DNA of 62,920 nucleotides, filler included, from Stramenopiles sp. TOSAG23-3 (GCA_900128585.1; 9 parts of 9 records of this genome joined end to end with filler, not necessarily neighbours in it), one strand, 5' to 3'; counted from the whole stretch's first letter, positions 52,327 through 62,920 are shown. A program made the numbers and translations. Notes: generated by a model not told the origin, from the letters alone.

Positions 52327-53787
52327 ATGAACCCTTCGACTTCTCACAACCAACGATTGTGTGATTCCTATAAGAACGATTTCTTAAATTATGTGTTCGA
52401 CAGGGAAGCCGCGCGCCAAACAAAGGAATGGGACGCTCGCAGGCAGCCATTCAATGGAACAGTGGAACATGGGATGGACAAGCTAACCCTGACCGCGTCG
52501 AACCCGCTGAACATGTCTGGAACGCGGAGAGCGAGGCTCAAACGCAGCGCCACCTTTGCCCGGGTAGGGCTCGGGTCCTCTCCCACAAAGCAGCGACGGC
52601 CAGCATCTGGCAGTAGCAAATTATTTAACAGTCGAAGCGCCCCCTCTTTAGACTTCACTCTGTACGGCAAGAACATGCCAAAAGCTGGCGATTCAACGCG
52701 TTCCCGGTCGAGACGAAAGAAAACGCCGCCGGTACGAACGCCAACCACGGGGCGCCTTTCTGCGCCACGGTCTGGGCGCTCGCCCGCCGCAGCGATGATG
52801 GGAGTGAATGACAGGTTGGGCAAAGACGCCATCGCTGCGCGTGCGCGCGAGGCCCAGCAAAAATCGGACCAGATGGTGGTCGGTGGTGGTCTTATCCGGC
52901 GGGTAAAGGCAGTGGAAAAAGAAAGGCAGGCGACGAAACAACGGCGAAGGCCCCAGACGGCCCACTCGGGTCGGACTGGAGGAACTCGAGCGGCATACCA
53001 GGGGGGCACAGGGAATAGTAACAGGCGGGACTTCGGAGGCACCAAGGCGGGGAAGCGCCCGAGCACGGCGGGCACCAGCCGGCCGAACAGGACAGGTGCG
53101 AGCCGGCCGAGCACGGCAGGCACCAGTAGTCCGAAACTTCCCGTGGGCAACGTGGTCCTGGCCGCGGATGCCACCCCGCAACTCAGCAGACGTGGTACCA
53201 GTAGTGCGAAAGAGCGAGTTCGACCGGCCACTGCGGGCGGTCGGTCGACTGCCCGGAGTAGTGCGGGAAAGAGCGCTCGGGTGCAATCGAACGATGCTAT
53301 GGTAAACTACGCCAAGAAACCGGCGTCGCAGAATTCTTACGTGCACTTTGTAAAAGCAGGGGGGAAACAGCGCCCGATGACAGCGGCCCCGCTGCGCACC
53401 AAACGTTTTTCGCCGCCGTCCTCCCCGTCGTCGGGGCAGCCGGACAACAAAATGGTGGTGGCCCGGGTCTCAGGGCTTCGCACTGGTAGCGCACTTTCGA
53501 AACGGCAAGTAGAGCAGGGGGGCAGGGCAAGCGAGAGAGGATACACCACGCTGTCTATTCGTGGAAAAAGCAAGCAACGCAAAAGCAACGGGCGCCATGG
53601 TACCAAACGAGCAAAGCCCCGCTCGCATTCCAAAAATACGGCCTACCTGGTGAACGCCAACAAGTCCAACCGAGGCAGCACTGGTGGGTTTTGTTGGAGC
53701 AACATGTACAGGTCATCGTACCGCAATGATCACCTGTCGGGCTCACAGAAATTTTTGCAGTACAACTCCATGTATAACCCATGGTAA
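52327..53787 (+). CDS. basic low-complexity protein with repeated RP[S/Q/A/M]TA motifs
   Basis: 486-aa GC-rich ORF bounded by AT-rich spacers; RPQTA, RPSTAG x2, RPATAG and RPMTA. Confidence 0.75.
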   Translation: MNPSTSHNQRLCDSYKNDFLNYVFDREAARQTKEWDARRQPFNGTVEHGMDKLTLTASNPLNMSGTRRARLKRSATFARVGLGSSPTKQRRPASGSSKLFNSRSAPSLDFTLYGKNMPKAGDSTRSRSRRKKTPPVRTPTTGRLSAPRSGRSPAAAMMGVNDRLGKDAIAARAREAQQKSDQMVVGGGLIRRVKAVEKERQATKQRRRPQTAHSGRTGGTRAAYQGGTGNSNRRDFGGTKAGKRPSTAGTSRPNRTGASRPSTAGTSSPKLPVGNVVLAADATPQLSRRGTSSAKERVRPATAGGRSTARSSAGKSARVQSNDAMVNYAKKPASQNSYVHFVKAGGKQRPMTAAPLRTKRFSPPSSPSSGQPDNKMVVARVSGLRTGSALSKRQVEQGGRASERGYTTLSIRGKSKQRKSNGRHGTKRAKPRSHSKNTAYLVNANKSNRGSTGGFCWSNMYRSSYRNDHLSGSQKFLQYNSMYNPW

Positions 53788-53866
53788 AGGACTACGTTTT
53801 CAAAAATTTGTGCAACAAAATTACACCTTTTTTATATGATAAGATAAACTGGATTTTAAGAACTTT

Positions 53867-53912
53867 AAAACAAGAAAATTGGCTGTTATTTATAAGTAAC
53901 ATAATTAAATTT
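53867..53912 (+). repeat. copy of the dispersed post-stop-codon element (first module)
   Basis: AAAACAAGAAAATTGGCTGTTATTTATAAGTAACATAATTAAATTT, 79 nt after the stop at 53787. Confidence 0.85.
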
Positions 53913-53969
53913 AGGAGCCACCAACAACAATTATTTGTTTTTGTTTTTTTTTATTTACTTATATTGGTA

Positions 53970-54069
53970 NNNNNNNNNNNNNNNNNNNNNNNNNNNNNNN
54001 NNNNNNNNNNNNNTTAATTAATTAANNNNNNNNNNNNNNNNNNNNNNNNNNNNNNNNNNNNNNNNNNNN
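53970..54069. other. artificial contig linker
   Basis: N44-TTAATTAATTAA-N44. Confidence 0.99.
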
Positions 54070-54070
54070 C

Positions 54071-55810
54071 GACGGTCTGTTCAAGGTCGAAGGCTTCGGG
54101 GTGCCAGAGGCGTACGCAGGCGAAGGGGGGGACGAGGAGTATGTTGCTGGTTTGACGACCCCAGCTGAGAGGGCGGGCCGCATTATGGTAGGGGATAGGG
54201 TGATTGAAATCGATGGGAAACGAATTAGCTACGACCAAGACGGTTCAAATGAGGAGGGGGGGCTGGAGGCCCTGATTAAAGAGGTAAACACGTTCTTGAA
54301 CGCTCCCGTAAAGTCAAAGGTGCTCCGCTGTCGCGGCGGTGTCCATTGTGGGGTAGAGATGGTCCGGAACGCCCCGGACGTTCGCAAAATAAAGTTCGTC
54401 TCGGGTAATCGAAAGCGAAGGCATTCCATGCATGCAACAAGAGACCACCAAGTTCCGGCACGGAACAGCGTGGTCAGAAAAACGGGAAGGAACGGGCTCA
54501 CCGCAGACAGCAACGGGAGTGCGCGAAGCTTGAGCGTCGTAACCAACGCCATTGGTGTGGTTGAGCCCGCGTTCTACGCGAAGCGGGGGATTTTCATGAT
54601 AAATGGCGGCGTCAATGGCACGTTCGACTTTAGTACTGGGCTGTTCGGGGGGCCCCTATGGTGCAAGGCGCACGGGCTTTACGTCCTGGCCGATGGGTAC
54701 AACTCCTACGGGTGCGAAGGGCTGGATTCGGACTCGCTCAGCAGGAATAAGTACGTAATTGCCCGTCGGGGAAAGTGCTTCTTCTCCAACAAGGCAATCA
54801 ACGCCCAGTACGCCGGGGCCGCTGGGATTGTCATCATCGACAACGAAGACAACGACGGGAAGTTCCCAGGGAGAATGCCGGCAATGGACGAAGATCACCA
54901 CATCGTAAAGATCCCAGCGGTGATGATTTCGCACAAAGACGGCCAGAAGTTGCTGGATTATGTTTCCAAATCACAGTACTCTGGGCGGCATGATGCGATT
55001 ATCGGCGAGTTCAGGAGCGAAAATGGGGAAGACAGTTCGTGCTTTGAGAATGAGTACTTCGACTACAGCAACGACTACGAGGACGCCGGGGTATCCAACA
55101 CTGAGGCGGCGGCGGCGGACGTCACATTCGAAGGTGGGGTCTTGGAGGTGCTGGACAGCGACGGAAAGGCGGTGAAAGAGTACGAATTTTTGTCTTCCAA
55201 GTTTGGAGGGGCGACCCCAACAGAGCTGGTATCGACCCTGATGATCGCAGACCCCGAAGACGGGTGCAAGCCATTGAAGAACAACCCAGGAGAAGCAAAG
55301 GGGAAAGTTATTGTTCTGGAGAGAGGGACCTGTTCCCTAGTCGAGAAGGTGCAGCGGGCCGCAGACTTGGGGGCCGCCGCGGTGCTGGTTTCAAACAACA
55401 AACTGGGCTTGGAGCACATGGAGCACTGGGACCAAAAGTATAGGCCTTACATGGCGAACAAAAAGTACAACATGACTGCTCCGTCCGCAATGATAACGCA
55501 GAAAGCTGGCGAAGAACTCAAAGCCTACGCCTCCCCAAAGCATCACGTCCGACTGTACGGTAGGAATACTCACGTAGATGCATGGAAGAGAATCGGATCC
55601 CTGTTTCAAGTAGATTCTTGGCCATCCGACCAGAAAGCACGAGGGCAACTCTACAAGGAATACGCAGAACAAAATCTTCCGGCAAAAGCAGGTGGCGATG
55701 AACGCTACGAGTGCTTGGTTGCGGCGAGAAAGGTCGTCGAAACACACTATGCAAGCGTGGATATGTGGAACAGATTGGAAAGAGAACGCCTGGACGAGAA
55801 CACGTGGTAG
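54071..55810 (+). CDS. PDZ plus two protease-associated (PA) domains protein, 5'-truncated
   Basis: The frame is open from the contig start. PAERAGRIMVGDRVIEIDG (PDZ); ARRGKCFFSNKAINAQYAGAAGIVIIDN...KIPAVMIS and LERGTCSLVEKVQRAADLGAAAVLVSNN (PA x2). Confidence 0.88.
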   Translation, partial: DGLFKVEGFGVPEAYAGEGGDEEYVAGLTTPAERAGRIMVGDRVIEIDGKRISYDQDGSNEEGGLEALIKEVNTFLNAPVKSKVLRCRGGVHCGVEMVRNAPDVRKIKFVSGNRKRRHSMHATRDHQVPARNSVVRKTGRNGLTADSNGSARSLSVVTNAIGVVEPAFYAKRGIFMINGGVNGTFDFSTGLFGGPLWCKAHGLYVLADGYNSYGCEGLDSDSLSRNKYVIARRGKCFFSNKAINAQYAGAAGIVIIDNEDNDGKFPGRMPAMDEDHHIVKIPAVMISHKDGQKLLDYVSKSQYSGRHDAIIGEFRSENGEDSSCFENEYFDYSNDYEDAGVSNTEAAAADVTFEGGVLEVLDSDGKAVKEYEFLSSKFGGATPTELVSTLMIADPEDGCKPLKNNPGEAKGKVIVLERGTCSLVEKVQRAADLGAAAVLVSNNKLGLEHMEHWDQKYRPYMANKKYNMTAPSAMITQKAGEELKAYASPKHHVRLYGRNTHVDAWKRIGSLFQVDSWPSDQKARGQLYKEYAEQNLPAKAGGDERYECLVAARKVVETHYASVDMWNRLERERLDENTW

Positions 55811-56223
55811 ATAGGAATTACTGGAAATAAATATATAGAGTCCACCCGTTCGCGTATATATTATTGATAGAATAAATCTATACTTATGTTTGATTATTAC
55901 ATGAATAGTTTAGAGTATAATATTTTAACATAAGTATATAAATTGATTATTTCACATAGGAAGAAAAGTATAATATTTTTTCTTCATCACTTTCTTCCAC
56001 GTCCGCCGCCCGCCGCCGCCGCCCGTCGACGAGAGAGAGGATCCTCCTCCCCTTTTTTTATATTAAAATTATATTCTTTTCTTTTTACATATATTTAAAC
56101 TAGGAAAAGAAATCGTTCAAAGCTGTCTTGAAAAAACGTGAAAATAGCTTTCAAGGAGAAATTAAAGGTTTTCTTTGTTTGTATGCGAATGAAGGGGTTT
56201 GGATCTGTAAGTGTTGACCAGCC

Positions 56224-57912
56224 ATGAAGTTGACTTTTAGAAGCAAGGCCCAGCGCGAAGCGGGGAAGAAAAAACGACAACTGGATGCGAAAACGGCCAG
56301 AAAGAGCAGGGCGGAGCAGGCAAGGGCGAAAGTTTTGGCCCGGCTGCGTGCGTCGCAAGAGATTGTGAAGGAAGAGAGGAAAGCGGAAAGCGCGGAAAGT
56401 AGTTCGGGGGCGGACGCTGCCTCCAGCAACAAGCGGCAACGGCACAAGGGGGGGGCTGGAGAGGGCGACAAGAAGCGACAGAGGAACTTTAAGTTTAAAT
56501 GGGACGATACGGAAGATACGACCGCAGAGTACGACGAACTCTACGACGAAGATGAGAAAAACAGCAAGAACGTGCTGCAATTTCTGCGTCGCAGCGCAAA
56601 CTCTGGGGTATCTGGCACGGAAATAAAGGCCTCAGTGCACTGGACCAAAAAGAAACTGCTCGATATGGTTGCTCGCGACTGGAGAGCCCTCAGGGAGGAG
56701 TTTGAAATTTTTGTCCGGGGTCGAAATATTCCGAACCCGTTGCGAGGTTGGGCAGACATTTCGTTGCCAGACTCGTTGCAAAAAGGGATCGACGGTGCAC
56801 GTTACAGCTTTCCCACGCCAATCCAGCGCCAGTGTATTCCCCTGGGACTGGAAAACCGGGACATGATTGGTATTGCTGCTACCGGCTCGGGGAAGACTGC
56901 TGCATTTTTGATTCCACTCTTGAACTCTATTCTTGCTCAGCCGCAGGAAAAGTTAGACATGTGCCACGAATGCGGGCCGCTGGCGCTGGTGCTCGCGCCA
57001 ACCCGAGAGCTTGTGCAGCAAATTAACAAAGAGTGCGACAAGTTAAGTCATCACATGAGTATTAAGTCGATGTTTGTCGTTGGAGGGCTCTCCGTAGAAA
57101 AGCAAGCCAGCACAATAAGGGGTGGTGTTAACATAATTGTCGCCACACCGGGGCGTCTCTTGGACTTGATCGAGAGCCAGTTCCTCGTTTTGCAGCAATG
57201 CTACTACCTCGTGCTGGACGAAGCTGACACAATGATTGACATGGGGTTTGAAGAAGCCGTCATAAGCATTTTGGAGTCTATGGTCGCACCCGGCTCAAAG
57301 ACAACCCATATGTTCTCGGCGACCATGGCACCAGCGATAGAGCGATTGGCAAAAACTTACTTGAACGAACCAGCGATGGTACGAATTGGGGAAAACGACG
57401 CTTTGAATGAAAACATCAAGCAGGAATTGGTCATCGTTCCAAGCGAAACCAACAAGCCCCGCGTCTTGAACATGCTCCTAAAGAAGGTGCGGGGCCCAAC
57501 GATCGTTTTCGTAAACACGAAGAGTGCGATCGAAGGCGTGTACGAGCAAATTAAGTCGTTTGAGACCAGAGTGACCCTTTTGCACGGTGGTCGAAACCAG
57601 CACCAGCGCGAGCGCGCTTTGAAAGACTTTCGAGACGGACGATCAACCATTTTGGTCGCAACGGACGTTGCGGGGCGCGGGCTCGACATTCCCAACGTCC
57701 GGCATGTCATCAATTACGACATGGCGACAGAAATTGAAAGGTACACCCACCGTATTGGACGTACAGGTCGGGCAGGAAAAGATGGTTTGGCGACGACCAT
57801 TTTGAGCAAGGCTACGGACGGAAAGATAGTCCCCCTACTGAAGAAACAGTTTCAAAAAACAAGAAATCGCTGGAAGTTTGAATGGGACCGTGAGTTTGGA
57901 TTGATGCCATAA
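56224..57912 (+). CDS. DDX23: DEAD-box splicing helicase Prp28/DDX23
   Basis: FKFKWDDTEDT and HWTKKKL..M..RDWRALRE are Prp28-like; also PTPIQRQ, ATGSGKT, APTREL, DEAD, SAT, GRGLD and HRIGRTGRAG. Confidence 0.93.
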   Translation: MKLTFRSKAQREAGKKKRQLDAKTARKSRAEQARAKVLARLRASQEIVKEERKAESAESSSGADAASSNKRQRHKGGAGEGDKKRQRNFKFKWDDTEDTTAEYDELYDEDEKNSKNVLQFLRRSANSGVSGTEIKASVHWTKKKLLDMVARDWRALREEFEIFVRGRNIPNPLRGWADISLPDSLQKGIDGARYSFPTPIQRQCIPLGLENRDMIGIAATGSGKTAAFLIPLLNSILAQPQEKLDMCHECGPLALVLAPTRELVQQINKECDKLSHHMSIKSMFVVGGLSVEKQASTIRGGVNIIVATPGRLLDLIESQFLVLQQCYYLVLDEADTMIDMGFEEAVISILESMVAPGSKTTHMFSATMAPAIERLAKTYLNEPAMVRIGENDALNENIKQELVIVPSETNKPRVLNMLLKKVRGPTIVFVNTKSAIEGVYEQIKSFETRVTLLHGGRNQHQRERALKDFRDGRSTILVATDVAGRGLDIPNVRHVINYDMATEIERYTHRIGRTGRAGKDGLATTILSKATDGKIVPLLKKQFQKTRNRWKFEWDREFGLMP

Positions 57913-57960
57913 AATTTCGTAAAAACAAAAGGCGTAAAATACGTAAAAATTTTGTACTGC

Positions 57961-58086
57961 AACAAGAAAATTGGCTGTTATTTAAGAAAACAAATTATAT
58001 AGTATGTTTTAAAGTAATTAAAATTAATGTACTGCGAACTGAACTCTAAATTTTAGACATTCGAGGTTTACATTCCTTCATGTACT
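57961..58086 (+). repeat. copy of the dispersed post-stop-codon element
   Basis: AACAAGAAAATTGGCTGTTATTTA ... AAGTAATTAAAATTAATGTACTGCGAACTGAACTCTAAATTTTAGACATTCGAGGTTTAC.TTCCTTCATGTACT. Confidence 0.88.
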
Positions 58087-58235
58087 AAATATTGAATTAT
58101 GCTTAAAAGAATTACATTTTATGACACAAACTTCTGTATAGAGAGAGGGGGGACACATTTTTTGCGCATTGTGAACCTCATATGCAGCACTGCGAAGTGC
58201 ACGATTGGTTCAGCACTCCCTCCCCCACAAAACCT

Positions 58236-59024
58236 CTACCGCATGCCAGCGTTTCTTCGTCCACCATCGACCGTCAAGTTTGTACCAGTCACGTAAGAAC
58301 TCTTGTCCGAGGCGAGGAAAAGAATGCACTCTGCTACTTCCTCTGGTTGGGCACAGCGCTCTAACGCTTCGCTCAGGGGGTGGGTCACTTCAATAGAGCG
58401 TTGAACGAATTTGGCGTACGATTCATCGTCCAAACCACCTCGCTTCTGGAGCTCTGTAATAACAACGCCTGGGTTGACGGAGTTGACGCGAATACCATAG
58501 GGCGCCAAGTCCACAGAGGCACACCTTGTCATCATGTCCGTGGCGGCTTTGCTGGCGCAATAGGACATGCAGCCCCCAAACGACTGCATCCCATTTACAC
58601 TGCTGACATTCACAATTGCCGTGCCGTTTTCACTTTTCTTTAAAAATGGGATGGAATGGTGCATAAAACAAAATACCCCACGGGCATTAACGTTCATGTT
58701 GAAATCGAAATTTTCCATGTCGACAGCGTCGGTAGCGCCGCCTTTCAGAACCCCAGCGTTGTTAACCAAAACGTGGAGTCCACCAAACTCTTTGACAGCA
58801 TCGTTCACAACCTTTTTAACGTCTTCATCGTTGCAAACATCGCCAGGAAAGGCTTTTGCTTTCCCACCAGCTTGTTGTATTTCATTAACGAGCGTATCAA
58901 GAGCGTTTTTATTCCGCCCAGTTGCAGCAACAATTGCACCCTCCTTCGCGAAAAGCCTCGCGGTGGCCAAGCCAATCCCGGAACTGGCTCCAGTGACCAA
59001 TGCCACTTTGTTAAGCAAGGACAT
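58236..59024 (-). CDS. classical short-chain dehydrogenase/reductase
   Basis: TGASSGIG, LVNNAG, IVNVSS, YCASK, GIRVNSVNPG and VTGTNLTVDGG. Confidence 0.96.
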   Translation of the reverse strand: MSLLNKVALVTGASSGIGLATARLFAKEGAIVAATGRNKNALDTLVNEIQQAGGKAKAFPGDVCNDEDVKKVVNDAVKEFGGLHVLVNNAGVLKGGATDAVDMENFDFNMNVNARGVFCFMHHSIPFLKKSENGTAIVNVSSVNGMQSFGGCMSYCASKAATDMMTRCASVDLAPYGIRVNSVNPGVVITELQKRGGLDDESYAKFVQRSIEVTHPLSEALERCAQPEEVAECILFLASDKSSYVTGTNLTVDGGRRNAGMR

Positions 59025-59340
59025 TATGTGATCTCTCTTTTTTTATTTATATAGGTGCGTGTGTTCAATCTTGAATTTGAACTTTCCAATTGACTTGTGA
59101 AGTTTCTTCTTTTCGTCATTTTCCATTCTTTCATTCTCGATTGTTTTTATTATAAGTTTGATTCTATGGGAATGTGGCCGTGCCCATCATTTTTTGTTGT
59201 TTATTGATGAAGATATGGAGAGGCAGGCGCGGGTGGGTGATAAGAATATATATTTTCTGTATCTTTTTCCTCCCAAGTTTTTTTCCTATATAATTATTTC
59301 AACAAATATAATATAATTGTAGTGTCTTCTTCTACTTAAG

Positions 59341-60762
59341 CTATTTTTCTTCTTCCTCCTCCACCTCCACCGCTGCCGGAGGATTGCTGCCTGTTGTTTC
59401 TTCTAAATTATCTCCCGATCTGAAAATTTCTGCAAAACTCTTCCGCCTGCGCTGCAATGCAAAAAAATAACCTTGCTGGTTCTTTTCCACTTCCCGAATA
59501 GCTAAAATAGCGCAGATGTAGAACGCCCCGTCGCCCCAGAGCAATTGGATCAGAGTAATGATGTTCCAGTACGGAAAGTAAAGGGTTTCTGATAGTATTC
59601 GTGCAATAAACACTATCAGTATTGCTGAACCTCCAACATGCACCTGGGATGATGACAACAAAGTAATGGATTGAAGCACCCAGATTTGGTACGTTTTCGG
59701 GTAGAAACTGTTGCAAAATGGTACAACATACTTCAGTTCAGGCTTACAGCTATCGGTTGAGTTCCTTCGGGTAACTCCTCCAATGCGACACAAAAAATCG
59801 TCCAGCTGTTCGCCTTTGAATTGCGTGTTTGCCTCTGGGTCAGCCTCTAGAATATTGTGGAGCTGTATCCACTCTCTCGTGTTCATTTTTACCCCTGCCA
59901 AGTGGCTCCAACAGTCGGGACAACTTTTACACGCACAACTTTCGTTCTTTGAGTAAATATTGTATAAATTCAGACCAGTGTGTCTCGTATTTTCTACAGA
60001 CATCGTCCAACCAATTCCAAACAATGCAGGTAATATGCAAAATAGGAAAATCTTCGAAAACCTGCTTTTGCCAACTTTTGAGGATTTCTTCATTAGCATT
60101 GCGTCCAATACAAGCATTATCAGAAGTGCTGGAATACTGACAACAAAAATTAACATGACTGAACTTGTATACAAGTTTCGCAACGGTGGCGCCTGATCTC
60201 CTGAGTAATCTGGAATACTGAAAATTAAAAACGAAACTACCCCAATAACGCTAATGAAAATAGTAGAAAGGCCCTTTTTCATAGTGTATGCAGCATGTCG
60301 CCCTTGTTCAAAGATCCAATACTTGCGCGCTAGAACCGGATCACTTATGAGAAGGCAAAAAGATCGACCGCAGCACGTTTTATGTTTCGATTGGAAAAAA
60401 AGTTTCTGTTTCTGTTTGTCTCTCCAGTCATCATTGGCTATGGCAAAGTTTCGGCGAGCTTGCAACTCTAGTTGGTACGAAGAGTATATACTAAAGGCTG
60501 TGGTAATTCCTAGACTCCATAATGCCCGAAGGACATTCAAAGGAGTAAGCACTCTTCCTGGTTGAATATGAAGGGCCACCAACTCAAAAAGTGCACCAAA
60601 TGTGACGAATTTGACGGCACTTTTGAACCGCAGACTTAATCCGGTTGCGGAAAACCACAGCAGACCTTTCACAGTAATTGATATATAGAATGCGCGACAA
60701 GATGGAGATACATCAATGTAATTTGTCGGCAATACTCGCCTAGCAGAGTAAAATATTCTCAA
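59341..60762 (-). CDS. multi-pass membrane protein of unknown function (5' end unresolved)
   Basis: 473-codon open frame with about 9 hydrophobic segments and a Cys-containing loop; no ATG near the 5' end. Confidence 0.65.
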   Translation of the reverse strand: MRIFYSARRVLPTNYIDVSPSCRAFYISITVKGLLWFSATGLSLRFKSAVKFVTFGALFELVALHIQPGRVLTPLNVLRALWSLGITTAFSIYSSYQLELQARRNFAIANDDWRDKQKQKLFFQSKHKTCCGRSFCLLISDPVLARKYWIFEQGRHAAYTMKKGLSTIFISVIGVVSFLIFSIPDYSGDQAPPLRNLYTSSVMLIFVVSIPALLIMLVLDAMLMKKSSKVGKSRFSKIFLFCILPALFGIGWTMSVENTRHTGLNLYNIYSKNESCACKSCPDCWSHLAGVKMNTREWIQLHNILEADPEANTQFKGEQLDDFLCRIGGVTRRNSTDSCKPELKYVVPFCNSFYPKTYQIWVLQSITLLSSSQVHVGGSAILIVFIARILSETLYFPYWNIITLIQLLWGDGAFYICAILAIREVEKNQQGYFFALQRRRKSFAEIFRSGDNLEETTGSNPPAAVEVEEEEEK

Positions 60763-61645
60763 CAGGGGGTGAGTTGTTCGAGAGGGTCGGTCTTTGACTT
60801 TAAAATAACGGCTGCAACGATTTAAATGCCTTGAAGATGTGAAGTAGCAGTGCTAGTCAGTGTTGTTACATTCGTTCAAAATCGTTGCATGTCTTTTAAA
60901 AACCAAGCTCGTGATTAGTAAGAAAAGAGTAGTGCTTCTAAGCTCTATTATGAAATCTGTGAATATACTTTTTTTTAATCGATCATCCTCTCTATCTCTT
61001 TCTTCTTCTATCGTCATTATTCACTCATCTCTCACGCCAAATTTCTCTTTTCCCTGTTACATTTATTATTATATCTATAGCACAGTATTGAATTTTTAAA
61101 AAAGTACAAATTTAAATATTTCTAGTACTATTCAGATGTAATTCCAATAATACATTAAATATGATTGACAGGTGAAAAGAAGTGAGGAAGAAGGAAGACA
61201 ATCCAGGAAAATTAAAAAGGGGGGGAGGGGGGAGGGGGAAGGTCTCAGAAATCTGAATCCCTATGGTATTTATATGTTATATAAATTACCAGTAGGACAG
61301 TCGTCACACTATAAAGGAAATCGCCATGCTACTCTTATTTTTATTCGTATGCTGTATTGATGTATTATGTTTAGTTCTTCTTCAGGATTCTCAGGAGGAT
61401 GCTTTTTCTTACATTATTCCAATTATTTATCTTAAGTGTTTGGCAAGGTATGTACTTTCCTCCTTTACGAAGCCAAAGACGTCTGTTCCTTTGAGAAAGT
61501 GAGCCCAAACATTTTGACTTTCTACGCCGTCAATTTTCAATTGCAAAAATATTAACAACCTATTCTAAGGAAGGACACGTTAACATTTGTATTATCAATC
61601 ACCATGAAAAAAGCAATCATTGTAGTTCTTCTCGTAGCTGCCATT

Positions 61646-61745
61646 NNNNNNNNNNNNNNNNNNNNNNNNNNNNNNNNNNNNNNNNNNNNTTAATTAATTA
61701 ANNNNNNNNNNNNNNNNNNNNNNNNNNNNNNNNNNNNNNNNNNNN
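61646..61745. other. artificial contig linker
   Basis: N44-TTAATTAATTAA-N44. Confidence 0.99.
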
Positions 61746-62117
61746 AATATGAACAGAAGATGTTCAATGCTGTGTATATCTACATTGCTAAAGTAGTGTA
61801 AAATGGGTCGTTGCAATACTGTTGTAGTGTGAAACAATTCACACAAAAAGTACAACATCATAGTATACTGTTTGTGTCTTTGTTCCTATACAAATATAGC
61901 ATACGCCAGTGCTGTGTGGGTGTATAAATCCTCCACCCGGACAATGTAAATAGAAAAGGAACCCTCCTCATAAATGGATGTATGAAGTGCTTTTAAGTTA
62001 TTAGAAATTGACTATAGAAAGTAAGAGATGTTTCATGAACGAGAAACGAGAGAAATACACATTTTCTGGACAATTCCTTTGAGGTGGTGTTAAAGCACAT
62101 GCCGCGAATACGGCGGG

Positions 62118-62515
62118 TTGTTTGCCCCTTCTTTGGACCGTATTGACGACCAATACACCGACGAGAATGGCCAAACATTCTACAAAATACACTTTCCCAA
62201 CAGTGAAAAACCTCTTGAAAACATTCATGTTGTGGCCTGTTTGGCAAATGTACAATGCAAAGCTTCCACAGATACGATTCAAGAACGATTCAAGAACGAT
62301 ACAACGAATTTAAAACGAAGGAGGTGGAACAATGCAAAAAGGACTTCAAAAAAGTTTTGGAAATTTCAAAGAAAGCCACTGTACGCGGAAAAAATACGCC
62401 GCTGTACAACCATGCCGCTAGCATTTGGAGAAGAGATGAAAAATGCGTATATGACATTGCTGGTGTCATCAACCGTGAAAACTGTATTATCCACTTGGCA
62501 GTACACATTTGCTGA
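62118..62515 (+). pseudogene. frameshifted relic of an HNH-like (SLDRID...N...N) nuclease gene
   Basis: FAPSLDRIDD...HF...LENIHVVACLAN. An exact 11-bp tandem duplication (ACGATTCAAGA, 62274-62295) shifts the frame; removing it joins DTIQER to YNEFKTKEVEQCKKDF...LYNHAASIWRRDEKC. Confidence 0.55.
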
Positions 62516-62712
62516 TCAAAATTTTTGTGTTTCTGACATGGCGAAATGTTTGCAAAGTCATTAAGATCAAAGCTTCTCCACGCTTCTACGACGACTTTCT
62601 TGTCGTCATCTTTGACTTCTCCTTCTTTTTTGAAGATGTTATAAAAATCTTGCTTCACGTCGTCATCCAGATTGTTTGGTGCGTACGTTTTTTCCCATAC
62701 TTTGTCTGCCAT
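62290..62712 (-). CDS. hypothetical protein or gene fragment; only the N-terminal ~60 aa look protein-like
   Basis: ATG at 62712 (MADKVWEKTYAPNNLDDDVKQDFYNIFKKEGEV). The 3' half is antisense to the nuclease-like relic. Confidence 0.35.
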   Translation of the reverse strand: MADKVWEKTYAPNNLDDDVKQDFYNIFKKEGEVKDDDKKVVVEAWRSFDLNDFANISPCQKHKNFDQQMCTAKWIIQFSRLMTPAMSYTHFSSLLQMLAAWLYSGVFFPRTVAFFEISKTFLKSFLHCSTSFVLNSLYRS

Positions 62713-62920
62713 TTGTGTACGAGGGTTGGGATTTTGCGTGCGTTTGTTTTGTTTTGAGTCCAAATTTTCATTCTGGTGCTTGTTTTCCAGTCTGGTGCAC
62801 TTGTTTTTATACCCGCTCAAAGGAATTGTGTTGAAAATGTTTCTTTTACTCCACTTTTTCCAATGTAGGAATTAAGGAAATGATTTGCTTTATATGTACT
62901 AGGTAATTTAAAAATAAAAG

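Noticed and set aside
1-62920. Alternative genetic code
   Set aside because: Conserved genes translate fully in the standard code and end at TAA, TAG or TGA at plausible positions.

Overview
Eukaryotic nuclear DNA in the standard genetic code, with GC-rich, nearly intron-free genes separated by very AT-rich spacers. The gene style suggests a heterotrophic protist, possibly a stramenopile (inference only). The window is not one locus. It holds nine contigs of about 7.6 kb, in decreasing length order, joined by eight artificial 100-nt linkers (N44-TTAATTAATTAA-N44), so neighbourhoods across linkers mean nothing. Recognisable genes: SOS1/NhaP-type Na+/H+ exchanger, TBC Rab-GAP, LicD-family transferase, dual-specificity phosphatase (partial), PH protein, TPR + queuosine-salvage (QNG1-like) fusion, AAAP/SLC38 transporter, peroxisomal MFE2-like dehydrogenase, GH20 hexosaminidase, TLC protein, ketopantoate reductase, metallophosphoesterase (partial), clathrin heavy chain (partial), cyclin, WDR89-like, Yippee, DOT1-like methyltransferase, PDZ + 2xPA protein (partial), Prp28/DDX23 and an SDR. 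The most notable signals are: (1) a modular non-coding element (AAACAAGAAAATTGGCTGTTATTTA ... TTAATGTACTGCGAACTG) lying 30-120 nt after the stop codon of six unrelated genes on five contigs, co-oriented with the gene; (2) a ~1,900-aa secreted VWD mosaic protein split by a frameshift at a G11 tract; (3) an apparently inverted coding block between two + strand ORFs; (4) relics of an LRR gene and of an HNH-like nuclease gene; (5) a recurrent intergenic ACACAGCAT motif that also underlies a 32-bp minisatellite. No rRNA, tRNA or CRISPR array was recognised.
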